DNA of 64,000 nt from Myxococcota bacterium (GCA_039028615.1 JBCCHT010000015.1:160001-224000), one strand, 5' to 3'; shown: positions 16,232 to 26,203, numbered from the stretch's first letter. The notes: generated from the letters alone by a model not told the origin. Translations and numbers: made by a program.

Positions 16232-17761
16232 TCACTCGGCCGCGCGGTCGCCGGGAGCCCGACCCTTCGGTCGCAGATGCTCGGGTACCCGGTCTCGACG
16301 GAACACATCGTCCATCGTCTCGGCACGCCGGATCACGTGAGCCTCTTCCCCGTTCACGAGAATCGAGGCCGGCCTCGCCATGGCATTGAAGTTGCTCGCG
16401 CTGACCTCCTGATAGGCCCCCGTATCGAGCAGCGCGAGGACATCCCCGACCTCGAGCTCCGGCAAGGGAACCCGGCCGAGCAATCGATCGCCATAGCAGC
16501 TACGTCCGGTCACGTCGGCGTGCTGAGCGATGGGCGCGTTCATCTTGTTGGCGACTACGTAGTCGTGCAGGTGGTGCTCGAAGCGGCCGCCCGCGAGCCA
16601 GAACTCGGAGGTGTCGATGACCACGTGTCGCCACGGCACCGGGGCATCCATCGACTTGAGCGCTTGCACGGACGCCAGGTGTACGCCCGCGTTGCCGTGG
16701 ATGGAGCGGCCCGGCTCGAGCTGCAGGCGGACGCCATCGAGGGACAGGCCTTCGGCGTCGAGGGTGTCGCGCAGCGCTCGGGTGGTGGCTGCGGCGTAGT
16801 CCTCGATGGAGGGAGCCGCCCGTTGGTTGGGCTGGTCGGAGGCCAGCGACAGCAGCGGTCGCAGCAGGCGGTAGCGAACCGCCCGACCCAGCGCCTTCAG
16901 CCCCCAGGAGACCGCGTACAGGGCCCCCAGCTGCAGCGGAGCGAGGTAGTCGGTCGCGGCGTTGTGCGGGTCGCGGGGGATGGCGAAGCCGCCTCCGATG
17001 TCGATTTCCTGCGGCCGCAGGTTGCCCAGGGCTCGGCTCACGCGGCCGATCTCGCGCCCGTACGCTCGCATCTGGGCGCTCCACAAGTCCGTGGAGGGAT
17101 GGTGCCGACCGTGGTGCTGGTGAAAGCCCACGATGCTCAGCCCGCGCATGTCCGCGATGCGCCGCCCCGCCTCGATCGCTTCGTCGGTGGACAGCCCGCC
17201 CTTGTACATCAGCGCGACGAGGTCGGTGGGGGCGAGCCCTTGGGGCACGAAGCCGCTGGGGCGGTTGAAGTCGCTGACGGTGGGCCGTAGCCGCAGCGCG
17301 ACCCGGCCGGAACGAGCGCCATCGCAGGTGAGGTCTTCGAGAATGTCCACGTCGCGGAGGCTGTCGACGGTGATCCGGGCCCCGACCTCCAGCGCCCGAT
17401 CGATGTGGTCCAGGGACTTGGGCACGCCGTTGACCGACATCTGGGCCGGGTCGATGCCGACCCGCAGCGCGACCTCGAGCTCACCCTCGGAGTAGATGTC
17501 CGCGCCGCAGCCCTCGTCGGCCAGGACGGCTTGAATCGCCTGGGCCCAGTTGGCTTTGACCGCAGGCATGACCGTGACCGGGCCGCAGTCCCAGCCTTGG
17601 CTGAAGGATCGCTGGAAGCGTCGGACGTTGCGCCGCAGCTGATCCTCGGAGAACACGAACAGCGGCGAGCCGAAGCGCATGAGCAGGGCGGTGGCGTCCA
17701 GCTCCTCGATGTAGAGGCGACCATCACGTTCGGAGAGACATTCATCGATGGGATTGGTCAC
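16232..17761 (-). CDS. Diaminopimelate decarboxylase-like PLP-dependent decarboxylase (divergent)
   Basis: FGSPLFVFSE, AVKAN (PLP Lys), NGVPKS, DIGGGF, LEPGRS, DTGAY, SNFN. Confidence 0.85.
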   Translation of the reverse strand: MTNPIDECLSERDGRLYIEELDATALLMRFGSPLFVFSEDQLRRNVRRFQRSFSQGWDCGPVTVMPAVKANWAQAIQAVLADEGCGADIYSEGELEVALRVGIDPAQMSVNGVPKSLDHIDRALEVGARITVDSLRDVDILEDLTCDGARSGRVALRLRPTVSDFNRPSGFVPQGLAPTDLVALMYKGGLSTDEAIEAGRRIADMRGLSIVGFHQHHGRHHPSTDLWSAQMRAYGREIGRVSRALGNLRPQEIDIGGGFAIPRDPHNAATDYLAPLQLGALYAVSWGLKALGRAVRYRLLRPLLSLASDQPNQRAAPSIEDYAAATTRALRDTLDAEGLSLDGVRLQLEPGRSIHGNAGVHLASVQALKSMDAPVPWRHVVIDTSEFWLAGGRFEHHLHDYVVANKMNAPIAQHADVTGRSCYGDRLLGRVPLPELEVGDVLALLDTGAYQEVSASNFNAMARPASILVNGEEAHVIRRAETMDDVFRRDRVPEHLRPKGRAPGDRAAE

Positions 17762-18181
17762 GGTTCGGCCTCTGCACCACGATAGGCCGCATTCGCGGCG
17801 ATGGGGAACCGCGGTCAGGCCCGAGGCCGAACCCGACTGCGAAGCGGTGCGTTCGTGGGCGGCAGGACTCCCCGACTCCGAGCCCGCGCGGATCGCCGCG
17901 CTGGCCGATCGAGTTCAGGGGGACTCCGACGAGGACGCCATCATGGCCGCCCGGGCCTTGGCGATGACTGGTACGGCAGACGCCCGCATTGCCCTACAAC
18001 CTGCGCTCGATCTTCCCGTTCGGAGCCCCGAGGTCATCGCGAAGATCCACGCGGCCTGGTCACAATACGCACCGCGGTGACGCGGATGAGGGGTCGTCCC
18101 CCCACATCGTGGGGGGAGCCTACGACGGTCGTAACGCGGCTGGTGTGATCGGGGCTCTGCGTCCTAACCTTCAGGGTGCAT

Positions 18182-19357
18182 ATGCGCTCATTCTCGTTTT
18201 CGGTCTCTATGGGGTTGTTCGGAATCTTCGGGCTGATGGCTTCGGCCTGCGGCACCGAAGGGGGGCGTCAAGACGAGAGCGGCGGCATTGCGAGCATCGG
18301 ACCGGGCGGGACGGGGGCGACCTCGGGCATGACTGCCACCGACGACGCGGGCACTGGGGGCCCGACCGGAGGGGGCAGCGGCTCCGACGACGACGCGAGT
18401 AACGACGATACGGGCAGCACTCCGGTGTTCGACGTCGGAGAGCCGGCCGGGACCGAGGGCAGCATGCCCTGCGAAGTCATGCAGCCGACCCTGACCTATG
18501 TCGAGCCGATCATGCTGTTGGTGCTCGACAAGTCGGGCAGCATGTCGATCAACCAGTTCGACGCGGGCGGCGGCTCCATCACCCGCTGGAACGCGCTGCA
18601 CAACACCGTGACCTCGCTGCTCGGCACCTATCAGTCCCAGATCGCGTTCGGGTCGAAGCTGTTCCCCTCGGCCAACGGGTGCAACGTGAACGCAGGGCTC
18701 GACGTCGACCCGCTGGTGAACAACGAGGCGGCGATCATCGCCTCCATTCCGCCGCCCGGGGCCGACCTGAACTCGGGGGGCACCTCGCAGACGCCAGTGC
18801 AGCGGGGCATGGAGGAGGCCTCGGCCGCGATGCTCTCGTACGACCCCGAGGTGCCCAAGGCGGTCATGCTCATCTTGGATGGTGGGGTGAGCACGACCTG
18901 CGGAGGCAATACCGTCGCGGGGACCGACGGGGTCATCAGCACGCTGTGGAACACGCACGGGATCCCGACCTACGTGGTGGGCGTAGACATCGACTCGTCC
19001 ACCGTCAGCGACATGAACACCTACGCGGTGTCCGGTGGCGTGCCCACGGGCAACCCCGCGGAGCAGTTCTACAACGCCACCAACACGGCGCAGCTCGAGA
19101 TGTTCATGGACGGCATCGTCTCCGAGATCCTCAGCTGCGACATCGCGCTGGACACCGAGCCGCAGTTCCCCGAGCTCACCCAGATCTCCGTGGACGGCAT
19201 GGAGTACTTCGAGATCGATCAGGCCGCCTGCGAAGCGGGGAACCCCGGCTGGTACTGGAGCGAGGAGTACAGCCTGATCACGCTGTGCGGAGCGGCGTGC
19301 GACGAGTTCCTCGTGGTGCAGTCCGCCGACGTGGCGTTCTTCTGCCCGGAGGGCTGA
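18182..19357 (+). CDS. vWA-domain lipoprotein (CglB-like myxobacterial adhesin family)
   Basis: Lipobox ASA-C, Gly/Thr/Asp-rich linker, MIDAS LVLDKSGSM, TP, LILDG, IPTYVVG, C-terminal LCGAAC..FFC. Confidence 0.8.
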   Translation: MRSFSFSVSMGLFGIFGLMASACGTEGGRQDESGGIASIGPGGTGATSGMTATDDAGTGGPTGGGSGSDDDASNDDTGSTPVFDVGEPAGTEGSMPCEVMQPTLTYVEPIMLLVLDKSGSMSINQFDAGGGSITRWNALHNTVTSLLGTYQSQIAFGSKLFPSANGCNVNAGLDVDPLVNNEAAIIASIPPPGADLNSGGTSQTPVQRGMEEASAAMLSYDPEVPKAVMLILDGGVSTTCGGNTVAGTDGVISTLWNTHGIPTYVVGVDIDSSTVSDMNTYAVSGGVPTGNPAEQFYNATNTAQLEMFMDGIVSEILSCDIALDTEPQFPELTQISVDGMEYFEIDQAACEAGNPGWYWSEEYSLITLCGAACDEFLVVQSADVAFFCPEG

Positions 19358-19367
19358 GCGGCACGCT

Positions 19368-19781
19368 TCAGCGGGCCGCGGCCCGGCGCTTGACCTCCAT
19401 ACGCCCGGCCAGCCACGCGACCACGATGTACAGCGGCAGCTCGATGTACATGAACGCGGGGTGGTCGAGCTGCGCCATGTTGGCGATGCCGCCCGCCAGC
19501 GACAGCGCACCGACGATCATCGCCAGCAGCATGGGCTTGGACGCCCCGAGTCGCGCGGCCGTCCACGCGCCCGTGAACGACTGGCTGATGTGCGCCGCGA
19601 TCACGATGAGGAACGCCTGCCACGGCAGGGTGGCGATATAGGCGTTCATCTGAGCGTTGTCGTACATGTCCAGGCCCTCGGGCACCGGATAGAGCACGGC
19701 GGTGTTGAGCATGATGAGGGCCATGTTGATGGCCATGCCCACGGTGAGGCCGACGACGACGGCGATGACGTTGCGAATCAT
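19368..19781 (-). CDS. Small four-TM membrane protein
   Basis: MIRNVIAVVVGL...; four hydrophobic segments; GC3-biased codons. Confidence 0.75.
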   Translation of the reverse strand: MIRNVIAVVVGLTVGMAINMALIMLNTAVLYPVPEGLDMYDNAQMNAYIATLPWQAFLIVIAAHISQSFTGAWTAARLGASKPMLLAMIVGALSLAGGIANMAQLDHPAFMYIELPLYIVVAWLAGRMEVKRRAAAR

Positions 19782-19923
19782 GGGGGGACTCCAGGCAGGA
19801 CCGGGCCAACTATGACACGAGTGCAGACCCATGACCGATGCCGTCGCGGGCCGGGCCGTCCCCACGGCGTTTACTCCGTCGGGGACCCCATGATCGCGGG
19901 CGTGGCCTGATATCGTCGCGAGC

Positions 19924-21726
19924 GTGACCGACGTGCTCGCCCGTGCCGCCGATGCCGTGTGGTCCTATCCCGTGGTCGGGCTGTGCCTGCTGTCGGCGCT
20001 GTTCTTCACCGTGTTCCTCCGCTTCGTGCAGCTGCGGGCGCTGCCTCATGCCATCGCGCTGCTGCTGGGGCGCTACGACTCCGAGGACGAGACGGGGAGC
20101 ATCTCGCACTTCCAGGCGCTGGCCGCCGCGCTGTCGGGGACCATCGGCATCGGCAATATCGCCGGGGTCGCGATCGCGATCGCGGTGGGGGGTCCGGGTG
20201 CGGTGCTGTGGATGTGGGTCACCGGCTTGCTCGGCATGGCCACCAAGTTCGTCGAGTGCACGCTGGGCACCACCTACCGCGAGGTCGACCCGGCGACGGG
20301 CAAGGCCCGCGGCGGCCCGATGTTCTACATCCTGGCCGGGCTGGGGGAGCGCTGGCGGCCGATGGCGGTGGTCTACGCCCTCATCATCGCCTTCGCCGGG
20401 TTCGGCTTCACGTGCATGTTCCAGAGCAACCAGGCCGCGGCCGCGCTGCTGACCCACTTCGCCATCCCGACCTATGTCACCGGGCTGGCGCTGGCCGTGC
20501 TCACCGGGGCGGTCATCATCGGGGGGATCGAGAGCATCGGTCGGTGGGCGGCGCGGATCGTCCCCACGATGTGCATCATCTACGTGGGGGGCTCGGTGTT
20601 CATCTGCCTGTGGCAGTACGAGCTCATGCCGCAGGTGCTCGGGATCATCGTGCGGGACGGCATGTCGGGCGAGGCAGCGGCCGGCGGGGCTCTCGGCGCG
20701 ATGATCATGTGGGGCGTTCGTCGGGCGATCTTCTCGAACGAGGCGGGTCTGGGGTCTGCCTCCATCGCCCACGCCGCGGTCAAGACGGACGAGCCGGTTC
20801 GCGAGGGGGTCGTGGCGTCGCTGGGGCCGCTCATCGACACCGTGATCGTGTCCGGGGCGACGGCCTTCGTGATCGTGCTTTCGGGGAACTATGGGGCGCT
20901 CAAGGACGGCAGCGTGCAGCGCCTGGCTGCGGCCGAGACGAGCGCGGCGGTTGGGTCCGCGACGCTCGAGGACGCCGCGGCCGATACCAGCACCTTCGGC
21001 GATCGGCTGGACGGGGTGACGGTGCACGCGGTCGAGGAGGGGAAGGCCGAGCCGTCCACGCTGAGCTTTCCGCTGCCCGCGGGAGCGATGAAGCACCATG
21101 GCATTCGCATCCCCGCGACGCTCCGGGCGGGTCGTTTGGAAGCCTCGCTGCGTACCGACCGGGACGTGCTGGCGACGCTCGGCATCGAGCCGGGTGCAGG
21201 TGGGCGGGTATGGGAGGCCCACACGCTGGCCTTCACCAAGGCGATGCGAGAGCAGGCGGGCGATGCCGCGATTCGGCTGGAGCTGGTCGCCATCGGCCCC
21301 GCAGCGACGGGGGAGGGGACGCCCTGGGCCTTCGTGGCCGCGCCGAGCTTGCTGGAGGAGCGCACGGGCATTTCCCTGAGCGCCGCCTCTTTCGATCGCT
21401 TCATCCCCGGGTTCGGCTCCATCTTCATCTCGATCGCCGGGTTCCTGTTCGCCCTGTCGACGATGATCACGTGGTCGTACTACGGGGAGACCGCGAGCAC
21501 CTGGGTGCTGGGCCCCCGCATGCTGACGCCCTACCGGGTGGTCTTCGTGGTCCTGGCGTTCGTGGGGGCCGTGCGCAAGCTCGAAGCGGTCATCAGCATC
21601 TCGGACCTGTTGGTGGGCCTTTTGGTGATCCCCAACGTCATCGCCTTGTTGCTGCTGTCCCCCAAGGTGGCGAAGTGGTCGCGCGAGTACTTCCAGCGAC
21701 TCGCCGCGGGGGAGTTCGATCGCTAG
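19924..21726 (+). CDS. Sodium:alanine/glycine symporter (AlsT/AgcS family) with inserted soluble domain
   Basis: ISHFQALAAALSGTIGIGNIAGVA..GGPGAVLWMW, GGPMFY, FQSN, FSNEAGLGSA, FALSTMITWSYYG. Confidence 0.92.
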   Translation: MTDVLARAADAVWSYPVVGLCLLSALFFTVFLRFVQLRALPHAIALLLGRYDSEDETGSISHFQALAAALSGTIGIGNIAGVAIAIAVGGPGAVLWMWVTGLLGMATKFVECTLGTTYREVDPATGKARGGPMFYILAGLGERWRPMAVVYALIIAFAGFGFTCMFQSNQAAAALLTHFAIPTYVTGLALAVLTGAVIIGGIESIGRWAARIVPTMCIIYVGGSVFICLWQYELMPQVLGIIVRDGMSGEAAAGGALGAMIMWGVRRAIFSNEAGLGSASIAHAAVKTDEPVREGVVASLGPLIDTVIVSGATAFVIVLSGNYGALKDGSVQRLAAAETSAAVGSATLEDAAADTSTFGDRLDGVTVHAVEEGKAEPSTLSFPLPAGAMKHHGIRIPATLRAGRLEASLRTDRDVLATLGIEPGAGGRVWEAHTLAFTKAMREQAGDAAIRLELVAIGPAATGEGTPWAFVAAPSLLEERTGISLSAASFDRFIPGFGSIFISIAGFLFALSTMITWSYYGETASTWVLGPRMLTPYRVVFVVLAFVGAVRKLEAVISISDLLVGLLVIPNVIALLLLSPKVAKWSREYFQRLAAGEFDR

Positions 21727-22256
21727 CGGTCGAGCAGCCAGCCGAGCCCGCGTTCGAAATGGTCGAGCGACAGCGGGCTCGGCCGCGATGCGCCGGCCGA
21801 AAACGCGAAGCCGTGGGTGTAGTCGATGATGACGCCCAGGGCGGTCTCGAGCTCGGCTTCGGGGACGCCCCGTTCCCGTAGCTGCACGCGGACCCGCTCG
21901 GTCAGCGTGGTCAGCTCGTCGCTCATCAGCGAGAGGTCGGACAGGACGTACGCGGCCAGGTTCGGGTGGGCGACGACGCGCTGGCAGTAGCGCATGAGCA
22001 GCGCGACCAACGGTCGTCCTGCGTCACCGACCTCGACTTCGGAGGCAACCCCCGCGTAGACGCGCTCCACGAGGCTCGCGAACAATTCCCGACGTGTGCC
22101 CACGTGGTAGGCGATGGACCGCGGGGTGACGCCCAGCGCCGACGCCAGCGCCCGGAACGTGACGCTCCGTTCGCCCTGCTCGTCGAGGCGAAGCAGCGCC
22201 GCGTCGAGGATCGACGCCTCGTTCAGCCGGGCGGCGCCCTTTTTAGGACGTCCGAT
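21723..22256 (-). CDS. TetR family transcriptional regulator (apparent ATC start)
   Basis: Frame reads IGRPKKGAARLNEASILDAAL..VTFRALASALGVTPRSIAYHVGTRRELF (TetR HTH). GGAGG lies 6 nt upstream of ATC at 22256-22254. Confidence 0.8.
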   Translation of the reverse strand: MGRPKKGAARLNEASILDAALLRLDEQGERSVTFRALASALGVTPRSIAYHVGTRRELFASLVERVYAGVASEVEVGDAGRPLVALLMRYCQRVVAHPNLAAYVLSDLSLMSDELTTLTERVRVQLRERGVPEAELETALGVIIDYTHGFAFSAGASRPSPLSLDHFERGLGWLLDR

Positions 22257-22812
22257 CTCGAGCCTCCTCTGGGTACGTTGGAATGAGGCGATACTCGAGC
22301 TGGACCAGCCCGTTGTCGAAGCTCGTCGAGTCGCGCAGCTCGAGGTCGATGTCCTGCGGCAGCGACCCGAACAATCGCAGCCCTTCGCCGATCAAGATGG
22401 GCACGATGCTCAGCACGATGTCCTCCACGAGCCCGGCGCGAATGAAGGACTGCACGAGCCGGCCCCCGTCGACGTAGGCCCGCGACCAACCCTCCTCATC
22501 GAGCTGCTGCATCAAGGCGGCTGGTTCGAGGGTAGAGAGGCGGACGACGTCCTTCAGCTCGGGCGGGATGTCGTCCGGCTTCAGGCTCTTGCTCATGACG
22601 ACCGCTGGCTTGTCGTAGGGCCAGTCTCCGAACTCCAGCACCGTCTCGAACGAGCCTCGCCCCATGACGATGCCATCCACGCTGGCCGCGAAGGCCTTGT
22701 ACCCGTAGTCGCTGCCGACCGACGGGAGCTTGGTGAGCCAGTCGATGCCGTGGTTCGGGCGGGCGACGAACCCATCGAGTGACTGCGCCATGAACACGTG
22801 TCCGGTGGTCAT
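22243..22812 (-). CDS. Dihydrofolate reductase / RibD C-terminal domain family protein
   Basis: FMAQSLDGFVA, MGRGSFE, WPY, YVDGGRLVQSF, VPILIGEGLRLF, NGLVQLEY. Confidence 0.92.
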   Translation of the reverse strand: MTTGHVFMAQSLDGFVARPNHGIDWLTKLPSVGSDYGYKAFAASVDGIVMGRGSFETVLEFGDWPYDKPAVVMSKSLKPDDIPPELKDVVRLSTLEPAALMQQLDEEGWSRAYVDGGRLVQSFIRAGLVEDIVLSIVPILIGEGLRLFGSLPQDIDLELRDSTSFDNGLVQLEYRLIPTYPEEARDRTS

Positions 22813-22814
22813 GG

Positions 22815-22847
22815 TGCAGTTTATTACACTTAGTATAATAAACTGCA
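22815..22847. promoter_or_regulatory. AT-rich palindromic operator/promoter (probable TetR binding site)
   Basis: TGCAGTTTATTA-cacttagta-TAATAAACTGCA: perfect 12-bp arms directly upstream of the DHFR-like ATG; contains TATACT (-10-like) on the minus strand. Confidence 0.8.
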
Positions 22848-22866
22848 AACAGGCTGCTACGGGCCG

Positions 22867-23325
22867 TCAGCGGGGCCCGAGAAGCTCGATGCTCAGCGCG
22901 CGGAGTTCTTTTTCGGTGGCGCGGAACGACTCGGCGAAGTCGCAGCTCACGCTCACCTCGGCTGCCTCCCCGAGCTGTTCTTGCAGGCTCTCGACGGTGG
23001 GGATCGCCTTGCGAATGGCCGCGTCGGCGCGGGCCCGCTCCGACTCGTTCATGCTCCCCTTGCCCAGGCGACCGAAGTGCCAGTGCATGTCGTCGAACGC
23101 CTTGCGGGTGAGTACCTCGCGGCACGGGGCTTCGGGCGCGGGCGCGTCTTTGGCCTCTTCGGGCGACTCGGCGGCGGGGGCCGGGGCAGGGTCCGCCTTG
23201 GCGGCGGCCGGAGCCTTGGCGGCGGGAGCCGACTGGGCCTTGGACCCGTCGTCGCATCCGGTCACGATGCCGCCCAGACCGAGCAGGAGTACGGAGATAC
23301 GAAAGAACGTGGAGCCGCGCCGCAT
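22867..23325 (-). CDS. Hypothetical lipoprotein
   Basis: MRRGSTFFRISVLLLGLGGIVTG-C lipobox, Ala/Pro linker, small helical domain with two Cys. Confidence 0.65.
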   Translation of the reverse strand: MRRGSTFFRISVLLLGLGGIVTGCDDGSKAQSAPAAKAPAAAKADPAPAPAAESPEEAKDAPAPEAPCREVLTRKAFDDMHWHFGRLGKGSMNESERARADAAIRKAIPTVESLQEQLGEAAEVSVSCDFAESFRATEKELRALSIELLGPR

Positions 23326-23457
23326 GAAGTGTCGATGGACGCGGAGGTGTCCACGGGTATTCCAACAAAGGGCGAGTTTCGACCAATCCATCCCATGTTT
23401 CGCGCAGACCGTCCCTTGCTGGAGGCAAGCGGTCATGGTGCTGACTACGCTGCCACT

Positions 23458-24675
23458 GTGAATCGTAGATTCGTGGTGTGGATGGCGGCCGGGCTGGCTT
23501 CGCTCGGTGTCGGATGCGATGGCTGTGGGGGGTCCGGTGGGCTCGGTACCTTCACGGGGGGAGGCAGCGGAGGCGACTTCGACTCCGACCGTCGGCCCTA
23601 TCGCGACGAGTGGCGCCTCGAGGCCGAGATCGACTTCCCGACCGAGGAGATCGTCGAACTCGTGGTCGGAGGCACCCGCTTCAACGACAACTTCGGCAAC
23701 AACGGCGACATCATCGTCCGCTTCGACGGGCCGCCCGATCTCATGACGGTGGAGCTTCGTCGCTTCACCACGACCACGTCCCAGGCCCTGGCCGAGCTCG
23801 ACTACGCCGATTTGCACCTGTGGGCGTACTCGGGGGCCCTGGCGCATCCCGAGTCCAAGACGGCCGAGGAAGACTGCGTGCTCCAGGGGTGGAGCTCGAG
23901 CTGTGCGCTGCGGGTGCACTACGACGGGCTGTCTCAGCTGGTGCGCTCGGGCGCCGACATTCGCGTCACGCTGCCGCCTGATTTCCGCAATCGCTTGTCG
24001 TTGACCACCGAGGACAACACCGCGGGCACCGGCTACCACAACCGCGGCGATGTCTGCATCGAGGGGCTCAACGCCAGCGCCGACATCGAGCTCGGCAGTG
24101 GGCGCGTGTTCGTGGCCATGGATCCGGCGATCACTCCGGCACCGCGATGCACCGCCGAGCAGGTCGCGGCGTGCGAGAACTGGACGACGACCAACGAGCA
24201 GGGCCAGACGGTGCCCGCACCGTGGGACCTGCAGTGCGACTGCCTCGTTCAGCTCGACGGAGCGTTCGGCAACTTGACCGTGGACGGGCGGGATGCCAAC
24301 TCCACCGAGATCACCATCGACATGCCCGCGGATCTATGGAGCTCCATCCGGGTCGGCAACGATGGTCAGGGGCAGTCTCGTGACGGGGTGCACTGCGATG
24401 CCGCCGTCGAGGTGCCCGGGTGGGAGGAGGCCGACATCGGCAACGAATTCCCCTGGGAAGCGCGCGGCTTCACCAACTATCCGGGCGAGCCCGCGACCAC
24501 GGGCGCTGGCTACTCGGTGCTCGCGACCTCGGCCGCCTGCGGCCCGGTGAGCCACACCAACAGTCCCGAGGAGTTCGTGGGCGAGGACGGTGAGCAGGAG
24601 GTCTTCGATCGCGGCAACATCCAGATCTGCTCCGGCTGCATCGCGCTGGGCTGCGACGACCTGCTCGACGATTGA
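23458..24675 (+). CDS. Cys-rich myxobacterial lipoprotein of unknown function
   Basis: GTG start, LASLGVG-C lipobox, acidic Cys-rich body, strong GC3 bias. Confidence 0.72.
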   Translation: MNRRFVVWMAAGLASLGVGCDGCGGSGGLGTFTGGGSGGDFDSDRRPYRDEWRLEAEIDFPTEEIVELVVGGTRFNDNFGNNGDIIVRFDGPPDLMTVELRRFTTTTSQALAELDYADLHLWAYSGALAHPESKTAEEDCVLQGWSSSCALRVHYDGLSQLVRSGADIRVTLPPDFRNRLSLTTEDNTAGTGYHNRGDVCIEGLNASADIELGSGRVFVAMDPAITPAPRCTAEQVAACENWTTTNEQGQTVPAPWDLQCDCLVQLDGAFGNLTVDGRDANSTEITIDMPADLWSSIRVGNDGQGQSRDGVHCDAAVEVPGWEEADIGNEFPWEARGFTNYPGEPATTGAGYSVLATSAACGPVSHTNSPEEFVGEDGEQEVFDRGNIQICSGCIALGCDDLLDD

Positions 24676-24694
24676 AGCCGCTCCTGGTTCGGGC

Positions 24695-26203
24695 TCAGCC
24701 GGGCGGGACCGCGAAGGGCGGCCGCGACAGGCCTGCCGTGCAGGCATCGTCGAGGGCGGCGGGCTCGGGGTTCTCGAAGAACCGCCCGGTGAGCGAGGAC
24801 TCGCACTCACGGGCATTCGAAGTGCCGTGACCCACGTTGGGCAGCGCCACCACCCGCGAGTTGGACAGGGTCGAGGCGGCGCTACGAGCCGTGGCCGGAG
24901 GCGTGACCGGGTCGAGCTCGCCGGCCATCAGCAGCACGGGCACGTCGCTGGTCACGGGTTCGAGGTACTCCGTGGGCAACGCGGCGCGGGGCCAGGGCTC
25001 GCACGCGTGACGCAGGCCGTCGAGTGGGGCCGTGCCCATGAACGTTCCCCGGGCCGCGTCGTCGGTGGCCGTGGTCAGCAGCGGAATGTCTTCGGAACAG
25101 GCGACCGACAAGAACATGCCCAGGTGGATCTGGCTGATGATGGCGACCGTGAGCGGCACCATGAGTGAGAGCATGGGCTCGTAGTTGCCCGCATCGGCGG
25201 CGGTCAACATCGCGGGGAGCCCGGCCGACCACGACGCGTCGTAGAGCGTCAGGCGCAGGCCATCGGCGAACATCTCCCGGGTGAGGGTGATGGTGGCCGG
25301 CTGCTTGGTGCGTGGATCGGTGACGGTGACCTCGGCGGGCGCCTTGGCGAGCCGGTCGAGGATGCGATCGAGGGTGGCGGCACCGTCGGGTAGAACGCGG
25401 GCGCACCCCGCATCGGCGGCACAGTCGGCGATGAGCCGCTCGAAGGCCGCTTGGCCAACGGGGGCGAAGGTGGCGGGGAAGGGCTGTCCGGGAGGGGCGA
25501 CGCCCCACAGCACCGCGCTGCGCACGTGCTCGCCGTGCTGCCGGATGTAAGCGAGGCCCGCCCGGGTCCCGTACGAACCGCCCCACAGGTTGATGGTGTC
25601 GTAGCCCAGGGCGGCTCGCACATCGTCGAGGTCGTCCATGGCGGTGGGGGTGGCGTACTGGGTGAGGTCGGCGGGCAGCTCGTCGCGACACTGTCTCAGG
25701 AACGCGTGGTTGTCGGGGTGCCAGGGGCCGCGCAGCATGGCGTCGAGGGACTCGGGGACGCACTGCAGGCCGTTGGACGCGCCCGTGCCCCGCTGGTCGA
25801 CGAACACCAGCGGGCGGGTCTCGTTGGCCCGAGCCAGGGAGGCACCCGCGATGGGCAGGGCTTGGGTCGCCGCTTGGCCGGGGCCGCCCGCGAGCACGAA
25901 GACCGGGTCGGGCTGCGCCTCGTCGGCGTTCTTGGGCGGGAGCACGACGAAGGCGAGGTCGATGGTGCGGCCGGAGGCGGTCGCCCGGTTCTCGAAGACC
26001 TTCACCGAGCCGCAGCGCGCCCGCGCGGACAGGCCCCGCGGGCAGTTGGCCTCGGTTACCACCGGACTCGGAGTGGTGGCAGTCTCGGGGGGCTGCGAGC
26101 CCTCGGTGGGGACCGTGACGGCGGTGTCTGGGCGGCACCCCGCCGTCCCGAGGGCGAGGAACAGGCCGTAGTGGGCCAGTCGAGGGCGCGCAGACATTCG
26201 CAT
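24695..26203 (-). CDS. Alpha/beta hydrolase lipoprotein (TAP-like aminopeptidase)
   Basis: LAGGPGQ, VDQRGTG, GGSYG nucleophile elbow, DPVTP, VGHG; lipobox TAG-C. Confidence 0.9.
   Translation of the reverse strand: MRMSARPRLAHYGLFLALGTAGCRPDTAVTVPTEGSQPPETATTPSPVVTEANCPRGLSARARCGSVKVFENRATASGRTIDLAFVVLPPKNADEAQPDPVFVLAGGPGQAATQALPIAGASLARANETRPLVFVDQRGTGASNGLQCVPESLDAMLRGPWHPDNHAFLRQCRDELPADLTQYATPTAMDDLDDVRAALGYDTINLWGGSYGTRAGLAYIRQHGEHVRSAVLWGVAPPGQPFPATFAPVGQAAFERLIADCAADAGCARVLPDGAATLDRILDRLAKAPAEVTVTDPRTKQPATITLTREMFADGLRLTLYDASWSAGLPAMLTAADAGNYEPMLSLMVPLTVAIISQIHLGMFLSVACSEDIPLLTTATDDAARGTFMGTAPLDGLRHACEPWPRAALPTEYLEPVTSDVPVLLMAGELDPVTPPATARSAASTLSNSRVVALPNVGHGTSNARECESSLTGRFFENPEPAALDDACTAGLSRPPFAVPPG

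Noticed and set aside
17748..18080. 110-aa + strand ORF with a HEAT-like helical look
   Set aside because: Start overlaps the divergent decarboxylase gene and no family was recognised; it may be a fragment, but support is insufficient.
18097..18117. TCCCCCCAC-ATC-GTGGGGGGA hairpin
   Set aside because: No U-tract, single copy; function cannot be assigned.
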